Notes: generated by a model from the sequence alone, not told the origin. 64,000 bases of DNA from a candidate division TM6 bacterium GW2011_GWE2_36_25 (GCA_000991575.1 LBRU01000002.1:79689-143688); one strand, 5' to 3'; shown: positions 1-11,985, counted from the stretch's first letter. Numbers and translations are program-made.

Positions 1-2
1 TG

Positions 3-698
3 ACCCCTGAATCATCAATTGAGGCACAAAAAGCACTCGGCGCAGATATCATTATTCCGCTCGATGAACTTCCTCCATATCATACTGATAAAATAACATT
101 AAAAAAATCATTAGATCGCACCCATCGCTGGGAAAAAAGATCGCTCGATAAACATTTAGAAAACAGACAAAATCAAGCGCTTTATGCAGTTGTTCATGGT
201 GGCGTTGATCCTGAGTTTCGCAAACAGAGTGCAGACTATTTAACGCAACTCCCCTTTGATGGATTTGCAATTGGAGGAAGTTTTGGTAAAACATGCAAAG
301 AAATGTTAACCATGCTTGATCATCTCATGCCACACTTACCACCTGATAAACCTAATCATTTACTTGGCATTGGCGATCTCAATTCAATTGAAGAAATCGT
401 TAAGCGCGGTATCGACACCTTTGATAGTTCTTATCCAACACGTTGTGCACGACATGGTTTGCTTTTTACCCAAGCTGGCACCCATAAAATCACACAAGGA
501 AAGCATAAAAATAATCTGAACGCTGTTGATCCAGAATGCCACTGTTATACATGCAAACATTATTCAGCCGCCTATTTACATCATCTGTTTAAAGCTCATG
601 AACTTTCTGGTTATACCCTTGCAACTATACATAACCTGCACTTTTTGATACAACTCGTAAATAAGCTCAGAAATAAGATTTTAAATGGAGAATTGTGA
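3..698 (+). CDS. tgt: queuine tRNA-ribosyltransferase (tRNA-guanine transglycosylase), 5' end outside window
   Basis: Frame 3 is open from nt 3 (..ADIIIPLDELPPY..ALYAVVHGG..FDGFAIGG..) and runs into the listed ORF 303-698. LLGIGD, SSYPTRCARHG and the Zn-site CHCYTC..H are Tgt hallmarks. Confidence 0.9.
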   Translation, partial: TPESSIEAQKALGADIIIPLDELPPYHTDKITLKKSLDRTHRWEKRSLDKHLENRQNQALYAVVHGGVDPEFRKQSADYLTQLPFDGFAIGGSFGKTCKEMLTMLDHLMPHLPPDKPNHLLGIGDLNSIEEIVKRGIDTFDSSYPTRCARHGLLFTQAGTHKITQGKHKNNLNAVDPECHCYTCKHYSAAYLHHLFKAHELSGYTLATIHNLHFLIQLVNKLRNKILNGEL

Positions 699-720
699 TA
701 AATTTTCCTTGGAAAAGTAG

Positions 721-1461
721 ATGAACCAGATCCAATCAGTCCACAATAAATTAATCAAAATCATTACAACTCTACAATCAAAAAAGGGAAGAGAAGAGCA
801 AAATCAATTTCTAGCTGAAGGCATTCGCACCTGCCAAACACTTTTAGACAGTCCGCTGCAATTCATTAATTTGTACACCACCGAAAAGATGTTTTCTGAA
901 GCAAAAAAAATAGCTGACGAAAAATATATCATCGTAGTTTCAGATGCAGTGATGAAAAAATTATCACCAAGTACAACACCAAGCGGTGTTCTTGGCGTCT
1001 TTGCCATTCCGGCAAAAAAAATTCCTTCAGTATTAAAAGCAGGACTTGTTCTCGCACATGTTTCTGACCCGGGAAATATGGGAACTTTAATTCGCTCTGC
1101 AATCGCCTTTGGTTTTCCTCAAATTATAATTGTAGAAGGCTGCGATCCATGGAGTCCAAAAGCTATTCAAGCAACAGCGGGAACAATCGGTTTCGCAGAA
1201 ATAGTACACCTTACCTGGAGTGATCTCAAAAATCATCAGCAGCGACCTCCACTTGCAGCACTTGTACCCACTGGAGGAATCGCAATTAACCAGATCTCAA
1301 AAAATATTCTTCTTATCGTTGGCAATGAAGCACATGGTATTCCGGCGCCATGGCTAAAAGAATGCGTTTATTTAATTACATTGCCAATGCCAGGTAAAAT
1401 CGAAAGCCTCAATGCAGCAATAGCAGGATCAATCGCACTGTATCTTAGCATATCTCAATAA
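721..1461 (+). CDS. TrmH/SpoU-family RNA 2'-O-methyltransferase
   Basis: The C-terminal SPOUT motifs GNEAHGIPAPW and ESLNAAIAGSIALY are present, and the 246-aa size is typical of the RlmB/TrmH group. Confidence 0.8.
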   Translation: MNQIQSVHNKLIKIITTLQSKKGREEQNQFLAEGIRTCQTLLDSPLQFINLYTTEKMFSEAKKIADEKYIIVVSDAVMKKLSPSTTPSGVLGVFAIPAKKIPSVLKAGLVLAHVSDPGNMGTLIRSAIAFGFPQIIIVEGCDPWSPKAIQATAGTIGFAEIVHLTWSDLKNHQQRPPLAALVPTGGIAINQISKNILLIVGNEAHGIPAPWLKECVYLITLPMPGKIESLNAAIAGSIALYLSISQ

Positions 1462-1505
1462 ATAACGTATACTGTACCTAACAAGATCGTTATTAGAAGG
1501 ATTTC

Positions 1506-2813
1506 ATGCCGTACAAACTTTCACTCTTCTCAGCAATTGCCATTAATTTAAATATTATGTTGGGAGCTGGTATATTTTTAAACAGTATCCCACTGGCAAA
1601 ATATGCTGGGGGATTAGGTTTTATGCCCTATATCATCATTGGCATTTTACTCGTTCCTCTTATCATCGCCATGGCAACATTGCTCAACTACAATGAAGAG
1701 GGAACCTTTTACGATGTAAGCAAAAGAGAAATCGGACCGCTCTTTGGTTTTATTAGTAGCTGGACTTATTTTGTTGCCAAGCCGGCCTCAGCAGCGTTGA
1801 TGATTCATTTTTCAACTCATTTAATGCAACAACTTTTCCCAATCTTACAGCACATTTCAAGTTTTACCCTCGATTTTATTATCATCGGCATCTATGTATC
1901 GCTCAATTTGCTCAACATGAAAATTGGACGCGCAATTCAATTTTCATTTCTCAGTATAAAAACAATCCCATTACTTTTTATTATTTTTGCTGGTTTTTGG
2001 TTTTTTAAATTCCAAAATTTTGCATCTATTAATTTTAATTTAAGCGGTGTTTCTATGGGGCTTCCTCTCGCACTTTTTGCAAGTTCTGGATTTGAGGCAA
2101 CACTCTCACTCAGTCAACATATAAAAAATTCTAAACAGAATGCCCCTCGGGCAATTATTTTCTCTTACCTTTTTGCAATCTTCATTTATATAATTTATCA
2201 AGTATGTTACTTTGCCCCATTAAATCTCGCATATTTAACTTCAATTGAATCATTCAACGGTATCGCATTCTTCATTCAATCCATTTATACAAACATGCAC
2301 ACATCATTACAAGCACTCATGTATACCTGTATTGCTATTTCTGCTCTTGGCGGCGCTTATAGTATCATCTTCAGTAACAATTGGAATCTTTATACACTAG
2401 CGCACAACGGCCACACCTTTTTCCCACAATTATTAACAAAAAAAAATCAATCCGGAATTGCATATTGGTGTCTTTTTACGGAAATAAGTCTCTGTCTTAT
2501 TTACATAATTCTTACGCGCGCAAACCAAATTATGCTCCAACAAATAAGTGCCTTCGGCAGTAGCATCGCTTACACGATCAGCATCATCGCATTCATTCTT
2601 CTCGCTTTTAAAACTATAAAAAAGAATTGGGCTCGCATTATTGCCATCCTTGCATTTATTAACTGCCTCGCATTAATAGCATTTTGCATAAATGGATTTA
2701 TTAATCATGGCCCCTCAGCATTATATGGATTTATTACCATCCAAATATTGGGCTTAATCATGTATATACTCATGCGCAAATCACCATCACAAAAAATACC
2801 GACACAAATATAA
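1506..2813 (+). CDS. APC-superfamily amino acid permease
   Basis: 435 aa, about 12 hydrophobic segments, and an N-terminal AINLNIMLGAGIF-type motif typical of amino acid/polyamine transporters. Confidence 0.7.
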   Translation: MPYKLSLFSAIAINLNIMLGAGIFLNSIPLAKYAGGLGFMPYIIIGILLVPLIIAMATLLNYNEEGTFYDVSKREIGPLFGFISSWTYFVAKPASAALMIHFSTHLMQQLFPILQHISSFTLDFIIIGIYVSLNLLNMKIGRAIQFSFLSIKTIPLLFIIFAGFWFFKFQNFASINFNLSGVSMGLPLALFASSGFEATLSLSQHIKNSKQNAPRAIIFSYLFAIFIYIIYQVCYFAPLNLAYLTSIESFNGIAFFIQSIYTNMHTSLQALMYTCIAISALGGAYSIIFSNNWNLYTLAHNGHTFFPQLLTKKNQSGIAYWCLFTEISLCLIYIILTRANQIMLQQISAFGSSIAYTISIIAFILLAFKTIKKNWARIIAILAFINCLALIAFCINGFINHGPSALYGFITIQILGLIMYILMRKSPSQKIPTQI

Positions 2814-2893
2814 TTTTTCTATTTTAAAATTTTTTTATTGCAATTAGCGCGACAATCTCCATAAAATAAATATGAAAATTTTGGAGGTTGAGC

Positions 2894-3367
2894 ATGAAAA
2901 AGATCATTCTAATCTTATCCTTATCTCTCTTATCAATACTTCGAGGTAATGAAGAACAGAAAGTCATAAAAATAACAGGCGCGATTGTTGCTCCATGGGT
3001 AAAAGGAGATCTTTGTATTAGCTATTGGTATAATCAGGAAAAAATTAGAGTATGCTACGCAATTCAGGCCACTCAAGATTATCTATTCAATATCCCAAAG
3101 CGTATTGATCATATTCGAGTTTACCGCACTTTTGCCAAACAATGTAAACCAACCCCCAAAGGAAACCAAAAGTGCCATACCGTAAAAGGTCGTTTCAATA
3201 CGAAAAAAGCTTTTACCGAACTTAATTTAACATATGACCATTCGACTATCACAAAATTTTATACCATTCCGCCAAAACAACCAGAAAGTATTTACGGTTA
3301 CCCACGCAGAAATCCTTCAATATTGTTCGATAATGCACAAATAGATAACCCAACAGCATTTTCATAA
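2894..3367 (+). CDS. hypothetical secreted protein
   Basis: ATG at 2894 lies 6 nt after GGAGG (the track start 2888 is TTG). It has signal peptide MKKIILILSLSLLSIL and several Cys. No recognisable family. Confidence 0.5.
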   Translation: MKKIILILSLSLLSILRGNEEQKVIKITGAIVAPWVKGDLCISYWYNQEKIRVCYAIQATQDYLFNIPKRIDHIRVYRTFAKQCKPTPKGNQKCHTVKGRFNTKKAFTELNLTYDHSTITKFYTIPPKQPESIYGYPRRNPSILFDNAQIDNPTAFS

Positions 3368-3410
3368 TAAACTATTGAAAATAATAATCGTAAAGTTTAA
3401 TGATAGAAAA

Positions 3411-3749
3411 ATGAATTATTTGAAAACATTATTTATTCTCTCTTTCTTTTTTCAAAAAAATTTCCTAACCAGCATGGAAAAACAATGGCGCGAACCAACC
3501 AAAGCATGGATAATGCAACTTTTTATTGATGCATTTGAAGCTGCAACATTATCAGAAGATGAGATCAAAAATTTAGTTAATGAGGGATGGATATTTCATT
3601 TTTACCCTTTATCAGACAATGAACGGGTAATTATGTTTAGAAAAAATATAAAAACAGGGACAACTAAAAAAATTATTATTCCTAAAAGCGATGCAACTAC
3701 ATTTAAAACGCTTTATGAAAAATACTTTTTCGAACTACCGAATCTTTAA
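3411..3749 (+). CDS. hypothetical protein with N-terminal hydrophobic segment
   Basis: The internal ATG (MNYLKTLFILSFFF) is more plausible than the non-ATG track start at 3375. The 3' end overlaps convergent mraY by 15 nt. Confidence 0.4.
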   Translation: MNYLKTLFILSFFFQKNFLTSMEKQWREPTKAWIMQLFIDAFEAATLSEDEIKNLVNEGWIFHFYPLSDNERVIMFRKNIKTGTTKKIIIPKSDATTFKTLYEKYFFELPNL

Positions 3750-4799
3750 TGTCATTAATATCACTAAACATAAAACAAGTGAAATGATACCAAATCGTAC
3801 GGTTATTTTTGCTTCCGGCCACCCAAGCAATTCATAATGATGATGAAGCGGCGCCATTTTAAAGACACGCTTTCCTCGCAACTTGAAAGATAGAACCTGA
3901 ATAATAACGGATAATGCTTCAACAACAAAAAGGCCGCCAGAAAGTGGTAAAAGCAATTCTTGCTTTGCCATTAATGCAATTAACGCTAATGCCGCACCAA
4001 GCCCTAATGAGCCAACATCACCCAAAAAAATCTGTGCGGGATAGGTATTAAACCACAAAAATCCAAATAACGCACCAACAATAGCAGCACCGACAACCGC
4101 TAATTCAGCACACCCTGCAAAAGGAATCGCTAAATACTGCGCAATTTTCAAATGACCAGCAACATAACAAATCAAAGAAAATGTAGCAAAGTTAGCAATA
4201 AGTGAAGTTGTCGCAAGACCATCAAGCCCATCAGTCAAATTAACCGCATTACTCGCGCCAATAATAATAAAAGCTGCCCACACAAAAAACCACCAGCCAA
4301 AATCGGGATGAATGTTTTTAAAAAAAGGAAACCAAACAAGCGTACTTGGATGAATTAAAATGTACCAGAGAAGAACAATACTCGTAGCGGCTAGTAATTG
4401 TAAGCCAAACTTCTGCCACGCAGCAAATCCCTTTTTATAAAAAATCTTTTTCCAATCATCCCAAAAACCAATAAAACCAAACATAGATAAAGTTAACAAC
4501 ATTAACCAAACAGATGCACTTCCTAAGTTACCCCATAAAAAAACAGTGCCTACCACAACAGCGATCACCAATATACCCCCCATAATAGGAATATTATTTT
4601 TCTTCTTATGCGTTTCTGGTGTAAATTCCCGTGGAGCAGACTGAAAATGTTTCTCTGAATACGCAATAAACCATTTACCAAATATAAGCATGAGGATTAA
4701 ACTTGTCAGTAATGCCACACTGGCACGAAAACTGATGTAATGAATAACGTTAAAAAATGAACAATAAGTCTTTAATAAAAGAGACAAATGATATAACAT
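3735..4799 (-). CDS. mraY: phospho-N-acetylmuramoyl-pentapeptide transferase
   Basis: NAVNLTDGLDGLA and GDVGSLGLGAALA motifs in a 354-aa polytopic membrane protein. Confidence 0.93.
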   Translation of the reverse strand: MLYHLSLLLKTYCSFFNVIHYISFRASVALLTSLILMLIFGKWFIAYSEKHFQSAPREFTPETHKKKNNIPIMGGILVIAVVVGTVFLWGNLGSASVWLMLLTLSMFGFIGFWDDWKKIFYKKGFAAWQKFGLQLLAATSIVLLWYILIHPSTLVWFPFFKNIHPDFGWWFFVWAAFIIIGASNAVNLTDGLDGLATTSLIANFATFSLICYVAGHLKIAQYLAIPFAGCAELAVVGAAIVGALFGFLWFNTYPAQIFLGDVGSLGLGAALALIALMAKQELLLPLSGGLFVVEALSVIIQVLSFKLRGKRVFKMAPLHHHYELLGWPEAKITVRFGIISLVLCLVILMTLKIR

Positions 4800-4973
4800 T
4801 CAACCCACCCTACTGAACAACCAACAACCTCACTCATACACAAAAACGGCCTCCCAAAGCAGCAATCTGCAATATCCTTTTTTAGTTTACTCATTATTAA
4901 TTAAATTAGCAAAAATACAAAAGGAAATTATCGCAAACAATGATCCAATCAGTGTTTTTTATGTTTTTTTCAA

Positions 4974-5001
4974 TTGACAAAACTGCTCAATTTGATATTA
5001 T
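4974..5001 (+). promoter_or_regulatory. candidate sigma70 promoter (TTGACA-16 nt-TGaTATTAT)
   Basis: Consensus -35 TTGACA at 4974-4979, and an extended -10 TGaTATTAT ending at 5001. It lies upstream of the 5080 gene, followed by a CCTCAG/CTGAGG hairpin at 5028-5043. Confidence 0.35.
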
Positions 5002-5079
5002 AATAATGATAAAAATTATAGAAAAATCCTCAGCCTGCTGAGGAATCTTTATTAGATGGTAAATCCGAAAAGGAACAAC

Positions 5080-5514
5080 ATGAACATGAAGTTTTTAGTA
5101 ACTAGATTGTCAATCCTGTTACTTGCCCAACAGATAACAGCAAACGAGGCCAATCCAAATTTAGGGCAAAATAAATATGCACACCTCACCACCGAACAAC
5201 GCCAAGAACAGATGGTAAAGCTCTTTGAAGAATTTGCAGATAGAAGCAAGGAAAAAAATAAAGGCTTTAAACATTACGCCAATGAATTTGAAGAAGTCTG
5301 CAATGACAATGACAAGCTCTGGAAAGATCTTGGCTCTTTTTGTAAAACAATAAAAAGCATAAAAAGTACAACAGAGGCAACGATTAAGATACCACAGGCA
5401 TTTACAAAAATTGGTGACAATAAAATCAAGGAACAAATCGGCGATATTGCAAAGAAACGTGGTAGGGCCGGATTATTTCTTGCTTTAAGACAGCGCCTGA
5501 ACACTAAAAATTAA
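5080..5514 (+). CDS. hypothetical secreted protein
   Basis: ATG at 5080 is preceded by AAAAGGAAC. It has signal peptide MNMKFLVTRLSILLLAQQITA and a charged helical remainder. Confidence 0.5.
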   Translation: MNMKFLVTRLSILLLAQQITANEANPNLGQNKYAHLTTEQRQEQMVKLFEEFADRSKEKNKGFKHYANEFEEVCNDNDKLWKDLGSFCKTIKSIKSTTEATIKIPQAFTKIGDNKIKEQIGDIAKKRGRAGLFLALRQRLNTKN

Positions 5515-5575
5515 AACTACGGTTTAGTGGGATTTGGAGGTTATCCGTAGGCACATTACATCTTGCATTAAATAG

Positions 5576-5613
5576 CGCCCCAGCGTAAACTATACCTGGG
5601 GCGTCCTTAAATT
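5576..5613 (+). terminator. GC-rich hairpin downstream of the 5080-5514 gene
   Basis: CGCCCCAG (5576-5583) pairs with CTGGGGCG (5596-5603). The U-tract is weak (TCCTTAAATT). A second hairpin, CTACGG/CCGTAG, sits at 5517-5550. Confidence 0.3.
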
Positions 5614-5628
5614 AAAGACAATTTCAGT

Positions 5629-7341
5629 ATGAATAAAAAATTTGATGTCATTATTATTGGTGGCGGTCATGCGGGCATTGAAGCTGCATGGTCAGCAGCA
5701 AATTTGGGCTCAAAAACAGCACTTATAACTCTTTCTATTGATAAAATTGGTCAAGCATCATGCAATCCTGCAATTGGGGGAATTGGAAAAAGTCACATTG
5801 TTTTTGAAGTAAGTGCGCTCGGCGGTCTCATGCCTAAAATTTGCACCCAAAGCTATTTACAAGCACGTATGCTCAATACACGCAAAGGGCCTGCCGTTCA
5901 AGGGTTAAGAATCCAAATCGATAAAAATTCTTATGTTCGCCACGCCATAAATTTTCTTAGAGATTGCCCATATCTCACGTTAATCGAAGGGGAAGGGCAA
6001 GAACTTTTAATAGAAAACAACCAAGTTTATGGCATCCGCGTTAATGATGAAGAATTATATGCACCAACCGTAATCTTAACTACCGGAACATTTCTCAATG
6101 GTGTCATTCACATTGGAGAAAAGCACTATGCGGGAGGACGTCATAATGAAGCTGCTGCCAACCGCCTTTCAACAAGTCTTAAAAGTTTACATCTTGAAAT
6201 GGACCGTCTCAAAACGGGAACACCTGCCCGCATAAAAAAAGATTCGATTGATTATAGCAAAATGGCTCGCCAGGGTTCTGACAAACTCGACTACCTCTTT
6301 GAATATTACCCTCATCAGGTTATCCATAAACATGATTGTTTTATTACACACACAACAGAAAAAACACATGAAATTATAGCTAAAAATGCCCATCGCTCGG
6401 CTATCCATGTCGGCAATATCAAAGGCAAGCCACCCCGCTACTGTCCATCCATAGAAGACAAAATCGTTCGTTTTGCTCATAAAACATCACATCATATCTT
6501 TATCGAGCCTGAAAGTTTGGAAATTGACGAAATGTATCCCAATGGCATATCAACTTCATTGCCAGCTGAAGTTCAAGAAGGATTTATTCGCACCATTCCG
6601 GGACTTGAAGAAGCTATTCTGGCCAAATATGGCTATGCCATAGAATATGATTTTGTATATCCGCATCAATTAAAACATACACTGGAGTTAAAAAATGTTT
6701 CAGGGCTCTTTTTGGCCGGTCAAATTAATGGAACAACCGGGTACGAAGAAGCTGCCGGCCAAGGCTTAATTGCAGGCATTAATGCTCATCAAAAGGTTCA
6801 TAATAAAAAACCATTCATTTTGGACCGCCAAGAAAGCTATATCGGTGTCATGATTGATGATCTTGTTACGATGAGCGTCGATGAACCGTACCGCATGTTC
6901 ACCTCACGCGCTGAACGACGGATCATCCTTCGCCAAGACAATACTTTTTTACGCTTGATGGATAAAGGCTATGAATTAGGACTCATAAAACAAGATTTAT
7001 ATCATGATTTTTGCAAAGAAAAACAGGTTATTCAACAAGCAATCTCAAACAACGAAGAACTAATGCATTTGCCTTCTCGAACAAAAGCAACCATCGAAGC
7101 CGAGCGCAAATACGCACCTTACATTGAACGAGAAAAAAAAGAAGTGGCCAAAGCAAAAAAATATCAGGAATTAAAAATCCCGTTGCAATTTCAATTCAAA
7201 AATTTACCGGGGCTTTCCATAGAACTTCAGCAAAAACTTGAAAAGAATCGTCCTGAAAACGTTGGGCAAGCAAGTCGCATTCCAGGTATGACACCGGCAG
7301 CTATCTCTCTTTTAATTTGGAAAGTTCAAGCTTTAAAATAA
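5629..7341 (+). CDS. mnmG: tRNA uridine 5-carboxymethylaminomethyl modification enzyme
   Basis: FAD motif [39 protein letters not shown], and C-terminal [12 protein letters not shown]. Confidence 0.93.
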   Translation: MNKKFDVIIIGGGHAGIEAAWSAANLGSKTALITLSIDKIGQASCNPAIGGIGKSHIVFEVSALGGLMPKICTQSYLQARMLNTRKGPAVQGLRIQIDKNSYVRHAINFLRDCPYLTLIEGEGQELLIENNQVYGIRVNDEELYAPTVILTTGTFLNGVIHIGEKHYAGGRHNEAAANRLSTSLKSLHLEMDRLKTGTPARIKKDSIDYSKMARQGSDKLDYLFEYYPHQVIHKHDCFITHTTEKTHEIIAKNAHRSAIHVGNIKGKPPRYCPSIEDKIVRFAHKTSHHIFIEPESLEIDEMYPNGISTSLPAEVQEGFIRTIPGLEEAILAKYGYAIEYDFVYPHQLKHTLELKNVSGLFLAGQINGTTGYEEAAGQGLIAGINAHQKVHNKKPFILDRQESYIGVMIDDLVTMSVDEPYRMFTSRAERRIILRQDNTFLRLMDKGYELGLIKQDLYHDFCKEKQVIQQAISNNEELMHLPSRTKATIEAERKYAPYIEREKKEVAKAKKYQELKIPLQFQFKNLPGLSIELQQKLEKNRPENVGQASRIPGMTPAAISLLIWKVQALK

Positions 7342-7400
7342 TAACTTAAACTTCTGCCTCTTTCAGGGTATATTAAGAAAAAAACAAAAAGGGACTTTAT

Positions 7401-8183
7401 ATGATTCCGTATCTTTTTCATATTGGACCACTCTATTGTAACATGTTTGGACTCTGTATCGCTTTAGGCCTCATTATATTTTTATGGGCGGCCAACAAAG
7501 ATAAACTCACTCAAAAATATTTTAAATCTGGAGAACTTTCGAATCTCACACTCATATGTGTTGCTTCTGGCGTTACAGGCGGTAGAATATTGAATGTTCT
7601 TCAACATCCCAGTGAATACCAGTCTTGGTACGATATTATCGCGATATGGGAAGGAGGCTTATCTCTACAAGGGGCCATCATTGCGATAGCATTAACCCTT
7701 TTAATCTATACGCACATAAAAAAAATACGCATTATGCCACTCCTTGATATTGCCGGCATGTATGCGCCTCTTCTTCAATCGATTTCACGCATGGGATGTT
7801 TTTTCGCAGGATGTTGTTATGGTTGTCCCAGCTGTGTGCCATGGGCAATTACCTATACACACCCTGATACACGAGCACTTATTGGTATTCCATGCCATCC
7901 AACTCAATTGTATAGCGTCTTCGCTCTTTTTTTACTTTTTATTATTATTCGTTTTGGCTTACGCAACTATTTAAAAAAACCAGGACAATTGGCATCGGCG
8001 TACCTTATAGGAGCATCACTTGAACGCCTTAGCAACGATTTTTTCCGCGCACAACATTATGAAGAAAAGCTTTTTGCACTGTTTTTTTCATCAAGCCAAA
8101 TAATAGCCCTTTGTCTTTTAGCGGCTGGATTGTTATTATTAGTTATAACAAGCAGTACTAAAAATAAACCTTATTCTCTATGA
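7401..8183 (+). CDS. lgt: prolipoprotein diacylglyceryl transferase
   Basis: WEGGLSLQGAIIA and the GCFFAGCCYG-type Lgt signature in a 260-aa membrane protein. Confidence 0.85.
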   Translation: MIPYLFHIGPLYCNMFGLCIALGLIIFLWAANKDKLTQKYFKSGELSNLTLICVASGVTGGRILNVLQHPSEYQSWYDIIAIWEGGLSLQGAIIAIALTLLIYTHIKKIRIMPLLDIAGMYAPLLQSISRMGCFFAGCCYGCPSCVPWAITYTHPDTRALIGIPCHPTQLYSVFALFLLFIIIRFGLRNYLKKPGQLASAYLIGASLERLSNDFFRAQHYEEKLFALFFSSSQIIALCLLAAGLLLLVITSSTKNKPYSL

Positions 8184-9913
8184 ACTTATTCACATACATT
8201 AAAGAACGTCTCTCAATTGCCGATGTTGCGCGCGAATACGTTTCTTTTAAAAAAGCCGGTATTTATTATAAGGGAACATGTCCCTTTCACCAGGAAAAAG
8301 ATGCCTCTTTTACCATCAGCCCCCACAAAGGAATTTTTTATTGCTTCGGATGTCATGCCACCGGTGACGTCATCTCCTTCATTTCACAAATAGAAGGATG
8401 CAATCAATTTGAAGCGGCAAAGTTATTAATTGAAAAATATTCCATTGATATTCCAGAACAACTTCTCCAAGAAAAAAAAGATTCCACCACTTCTTTAGAT
8501 GAAAAAAACCATTATTTTGCCTTGTGTGAACTGATGGCAAAATGGTGCAATGAACAATTACCCCAATCACCTCAGGCAATGGCATATCTCACCCAACGGA
8601 ATATTACACCAGCTACTATAAAACACTTCACCATTGGCTATTTTCCATCTGGAATAAAAGCCATCAAACAATTTCAACGCTTTGCCCACCAACACGATTT
8701 CTTAATCAAAGATCTTACTGATGCACGCCTGCTCATGGAGGGAAAAAACTGCCATTACTCATCATTTGAAGAGCGCATCATCTTTCCTATAACTGATCAT
8801 TTAGGTCGTTGCTGCGGTTTTGGTGGAAGGGTTTTTCAAAAAGATGACGATCGTGCCAAATATTATAACTCTCATGAAAATAGCTTTTTCAATAAGGGAA
8901 CTCTTCTTTTTGGCCTCAGCCAGGCAAAAAAAGCCATCCAGCAATCCGGAAAAGCCTTCCTGGTCGAAGGATACACTGATTGTGTCATCATGGCCCAATC
9001 TGGATACACCAACACCATCGCAACGCTCGGTACGGCTTGTACGCCTCAACACCTTAAACAATTATCTCATTATGCAGATCAACTCTATGTTTTATTTGAT
9101 GGTGATTCAGCAGGTTTACAGGCTGCCTTACGATTGACGCAATTGTGCTGGGATGTTAATATTAGTATGTGGGTGATTCAGCTGCCAACCAACGAAGATC
9201 CCGCCTCATATCTAAAGGCAGGCAACGATTTAGGTGAAAATATTAAAAAGGCTGAAGATATTTTCTCTTTTTTCATTCGTTTTTCAACACAGCAATTCAA
9301 ACATCAAACATTGAAAAAAAAGATGGCAATCGTACGAGAAATACTGAACATCATCAATGCCATCGATGATGATTTGAAAAAAATGATATTACTTCAAGAA
9401 GCGGCTTTTAAGCTCGGCTTACCACTTGAAGCACTCACCAGAGAATGCCACCACATTCATGAACAATCAACACAAAAAATTGTAAAAATAATGGTGGATA
9501 AGAGTAATTTACATGAAGGTGAAAAAAAACTTTTTATACTATTAATTGAAAAGCCTTACTTATTAGAGCGAGAAGATATAATTATTATGAGCAGTGCATT
9601 TTCAGAACCATTAAAAACTATTATTAATAAATACCGATCCTTACCACAAAAATCATTTACGTTCTTATCAGAAGTCTTAAATGACGATGAAATGCAATGT
9701 GCTCAAAGGTTATTGATAACCCACGCACAAGAACAAGTTAATGTAGAACAAGTTATTCGTGAATTTGCAAAACGCAATTGGAAAAGTATCGCATTAAATA
9801 CAAAAGAAAAGATTGCAGAAGCTCAAAAAAGAGGCGATGATCAGGAAGTTAAAATTTTATTGCAATACCTACAAGAACTGAAGAAAAAAGTATTAAATTG
9901 GAGTGTTCAATGA
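8180..9913 (+). CDS. dnaG: DNA primase
   Basis: CHC2 zinc finger [34 protein letters not shown] and TOPRIM motifs LVEGYTDCV / FDGDSAG. It overlaps lgt by 4 nt. Confidence 0.92.
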   Translation: MNLFTYIKERLSIADVAREYVSFKKAGIYYKGTCPFHQEKDASFTISPHKGIFYCFGCHATGDVISFISQIEGCNQFEAAKLLIEKYSIDIPEQLLQEKKDSTTSLDEKNHYFALCELMAKWCNEQLPQSPQAMAYLTQRNITPATIKHFTIGYFPSGIKAIKQFQRFAHQHDFLIKDLTDARLLMEGKNCHYSSFEERIIFPITDHLGRCCGFGGRVFQKDDDRAKYYNSHENSFFNKGTLLFGLSQAKKAIQQSGKAFLVEGYTDCVIMAQSGYTNTIATLGTACTPQHLKQLSHYADQLYVLFDGDSAGLQAALRLTQLCWDVNISMWVIQLPTNEDPASYLKAGNDLGENIKKAEDIFSFFIRFSTQQFKHQTLKKKMAIVREILNIINAIDDDLKKMILLQEAAFKLGLPLEALTRECHHIHEQSTQKIVKIMVDKSNLHEGEKKLFILLIEKPYLLEREDIIIMSSAFSEPLKTIINKYRSLPQKSFTFLSEVLNDDEMQCAQRLLITHAQEQVNVEQVIREFAKRNWKSIALNTKEKIAEAQKRGDDQEVKILLQYLQELKKKVLNWSVQ

Positions 9914-11985
9914 AAAAGACAGTAAAAAAAATTAAAAAAACGATTAAAAAAATCGTTAAAAAAGTACAATCTAAAAAAACAGCACCGTCAAAAAGTGGCA
10001 AGCAAAAGCCGCAGTTATCTCAAAAAGTAAAAGCAATTTCAAAAAACAGTCCTAAAAAAGTTCTTGCACCAACGAAAAAAATAGAAAAAAAAGAGAACAA
10101 AATTACCAAAAAATCGGCAAAACCTGTAAAAAAACCAAAGTTGCTCAAAAAAGCAAAAACACAGGAAGAAATACAAGAGGCAATCGATATATTTATATCT
10201 CTTGGCAAAAAAAATGGTGCTGTTTCGTATGAAAAAACTATGGCACTCGGCGAAGATCTCGGTTTATCTGAACCAGAAATGAATATTGTGCTCAAAAAAA
10301 TTGATCAATCTGGAATTGAGCTCGTTACACAAGAAGAACTTGACGCCGAAGGTGCATTCGATGAATTCGAAGAGGAAGAACAACATCCACATAAAGTAAA
10401 ACAAACTCTTGAAAGTACATTCGAGTTGCACGCCAAAGAAGATCTGGAAGAGGAAGATGAAGAATTTGTTGATAGTGAAGTTGTCAAAAGCTCAGAAACA
10501 TCACAAGTTGTTGATGGCGTAAAAGCTTTTTTGCGTGATATTGGAAAAATACCACTTTTAAATAAAAAAACTGAACAAGTTATTGCCAATAAAATAGCTG
10601 AAGGTAAAGCTGAGTCAATTGATGCTATTGCTCAATTTCCATTTGTAGCAAAAGAATTGCTCTCAATTGCTGAACGTCTTCAAAAAAATTCGGTCGCGCT
10701 TAAAGATATCATTCAATTCTCAGAATTTGATGAAGAAAACCTTCCTAAAATCGAAGAAGAAAAAAAACATTTTGTCGATACGGTTAAAAAAATAAAAAAT
10801 TTAATTGAAAATGAAGCAAAAATTTACCAAAGCTATAAAGGCAAATTAACATCTGAAGACCGTAAAAAAGAGATGTTTGATAAAATCAAACAGAACAAAC
10901 AAGAAATCATTGATGTTATTAAATCAATTAAAATATCAAATAAACTTATTCGTAAATTAGGCAAAAAAATTGAGAAAAATATTCAAAAAATAAATGAAAG
11001 AGAAGTTCAAATTCAAGAGTGGGAAAAAGAACTTAAAAAGATTAAGGGTAAAGCAGCAAAACCTGAATTAATCGAAGAACTCGACAAAAACATTCGCATG
11101 GCAGCTAAAAGCACTAAAAACATAGAAAGCGAAATGGGACTTTCCCATGAGCGAACACTTGCAGCTTTCAAACAATTCTCAGAAGGCCAAATAAAAGACA
11201 AAGAGGCAAAAGATGATTTAGCGCGAGCAAATCTTCGCCTCGTTGTTAACATCGCAAAAAAATATGTTAATCGCGGTTTACACTTTTTAGACTTAATTCA
11301 AGAAGGCAATATCGGTCTTTTAAAAGCCGTAGAAAAATTTGAATTTGAACGGGGATATAAATTTTCAACGTATGCTACCTGGTGGATTCGTCAAGCAATT
11401 ACACGTGCCATTGCTGATCAATCAAGAACAATTCGTGTTCCGGTACACATGGTTGAAACTTTAAATAAAATTAATAAAATTAAACACACCTTCCTTCAAG
11501 AACATGGCCGTGAACCAACGTATACTGAACTTGCAAAAGAACTCAATCTCGATGAAAAGAAGATTAAAAACATTATTAAAATCTCAAAAGAACCTGTTTC
11601 TCTTGAAACGCCTGTTGGGGAAGGTGAAGACGCTTCTATTAAAGACTTCATTGAAAGTGAACATGATGTTTCTCCTGCAGAATCAGTAGCAAGCAATGAT
11701 CTCAAAGAACGTGTGCGCGAAGTTTTAAAATCATTAACTCCTCGCGAAGAAAAAGTTCTTAAAATGCGCTTTGGCATTGATGTTGCATCAGAGCACACCC
11801 TCGAGGAAGTGGGAAAAGATTTCTCAGTCACAAGAGAACGAATCAGACAGATTGAAGTTAAAGCTTTACGCAAATTACGCCATCCATCACGTGCAAAAAA
11901 ATTAAAATCATTTTTTGAAAAAGAATTTGGTATCAACATCGAAGAAGAAGGAGATGTTGATGAAGAAATCTTAGATAATGAATAA
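9910..11985 (+). CDS. rpoD: primary RNA polymerase sigma factor with Lys-rich N-terminal extension
   Basis: Region 2 [32 protein letters not shown] and region 4 [33 protein letters not shown] at 9910 (GGAG upstream) overlaps the dnaG stop (ATGA). Confidence 0.93.
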   Translation: MKKTVKKIKKTIKKIVKKVQSKKTAPSKSGKQKPQLSQKVKAISKNSPKKVLAPTKKIEKKENKITKKSAKPVKKPKLLKKAKTQEEIQEAIDIFISLGKKNGAVSYEKTMALGEDLGLSEPEMNIVLKKIDQSGIELVTQEELDAEGAFDEFEEEEQHPHKVKQTLESTFELHAKEDLEEEDEEFVDSEVVKSSETSQVVDGVKAFLRDIGKIPLLNKKTEQVIANKIAEGKAESIDAIAQFPFVAKELLSIAERLQKNSVALKDIIQFSEFDEENLPKIEEEKKHFVDTVKKIKNLIENEAKIYQSYKGKLTSEDRKKEMFDKIKQNKQEIIDVIKSIKISNKLIRKLGKKIEKNIQKINEREVQIQEWEKELKKIKGKAAKPELIEELDKNIRMAAKSTKNIESEMGLSHERTLAAFKQFSEGQIKDKEAKDDLARANLRLVVNIAKKYVNRGLHFLDLIQEGNIGLLKAVEKFEFERGYKFSTYATWWIRQAITRAIADQSRTIRVPVHMVETLNKINKIKHTFLQEHGREPTYTELAKELNLDEKKIKNIIKISKEPVSLETPVGEGEDASIKDFIESEHDVSPAESVASNDLKERVREVLKSLTPREEKVLKMRFGIDVASEHTLEEVGKDFSVTRERIRQIEVKALRKLRHPSRAKKLKSFFEKEFGINIEEEGDVDEEILDNE

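Noticed and set aside
5028-5043. Hairpin CCTCAG-CCTG-CTGAGG as a minus-strand terminator (it is followed by a T-run on the minus strand)
   Set aside because: No minus-strand gene ends upstream of it. It lies in the 5' UTR of the 5080 gene, so it is more likely a leader stem or coincidental.
8820-9137. 105-aa plus-strand alternative-frame ORF and the 8801-9061 minus ORF
   Set aside because: Both lie inside dnaG (TOPRIM region) and are frame shadows.
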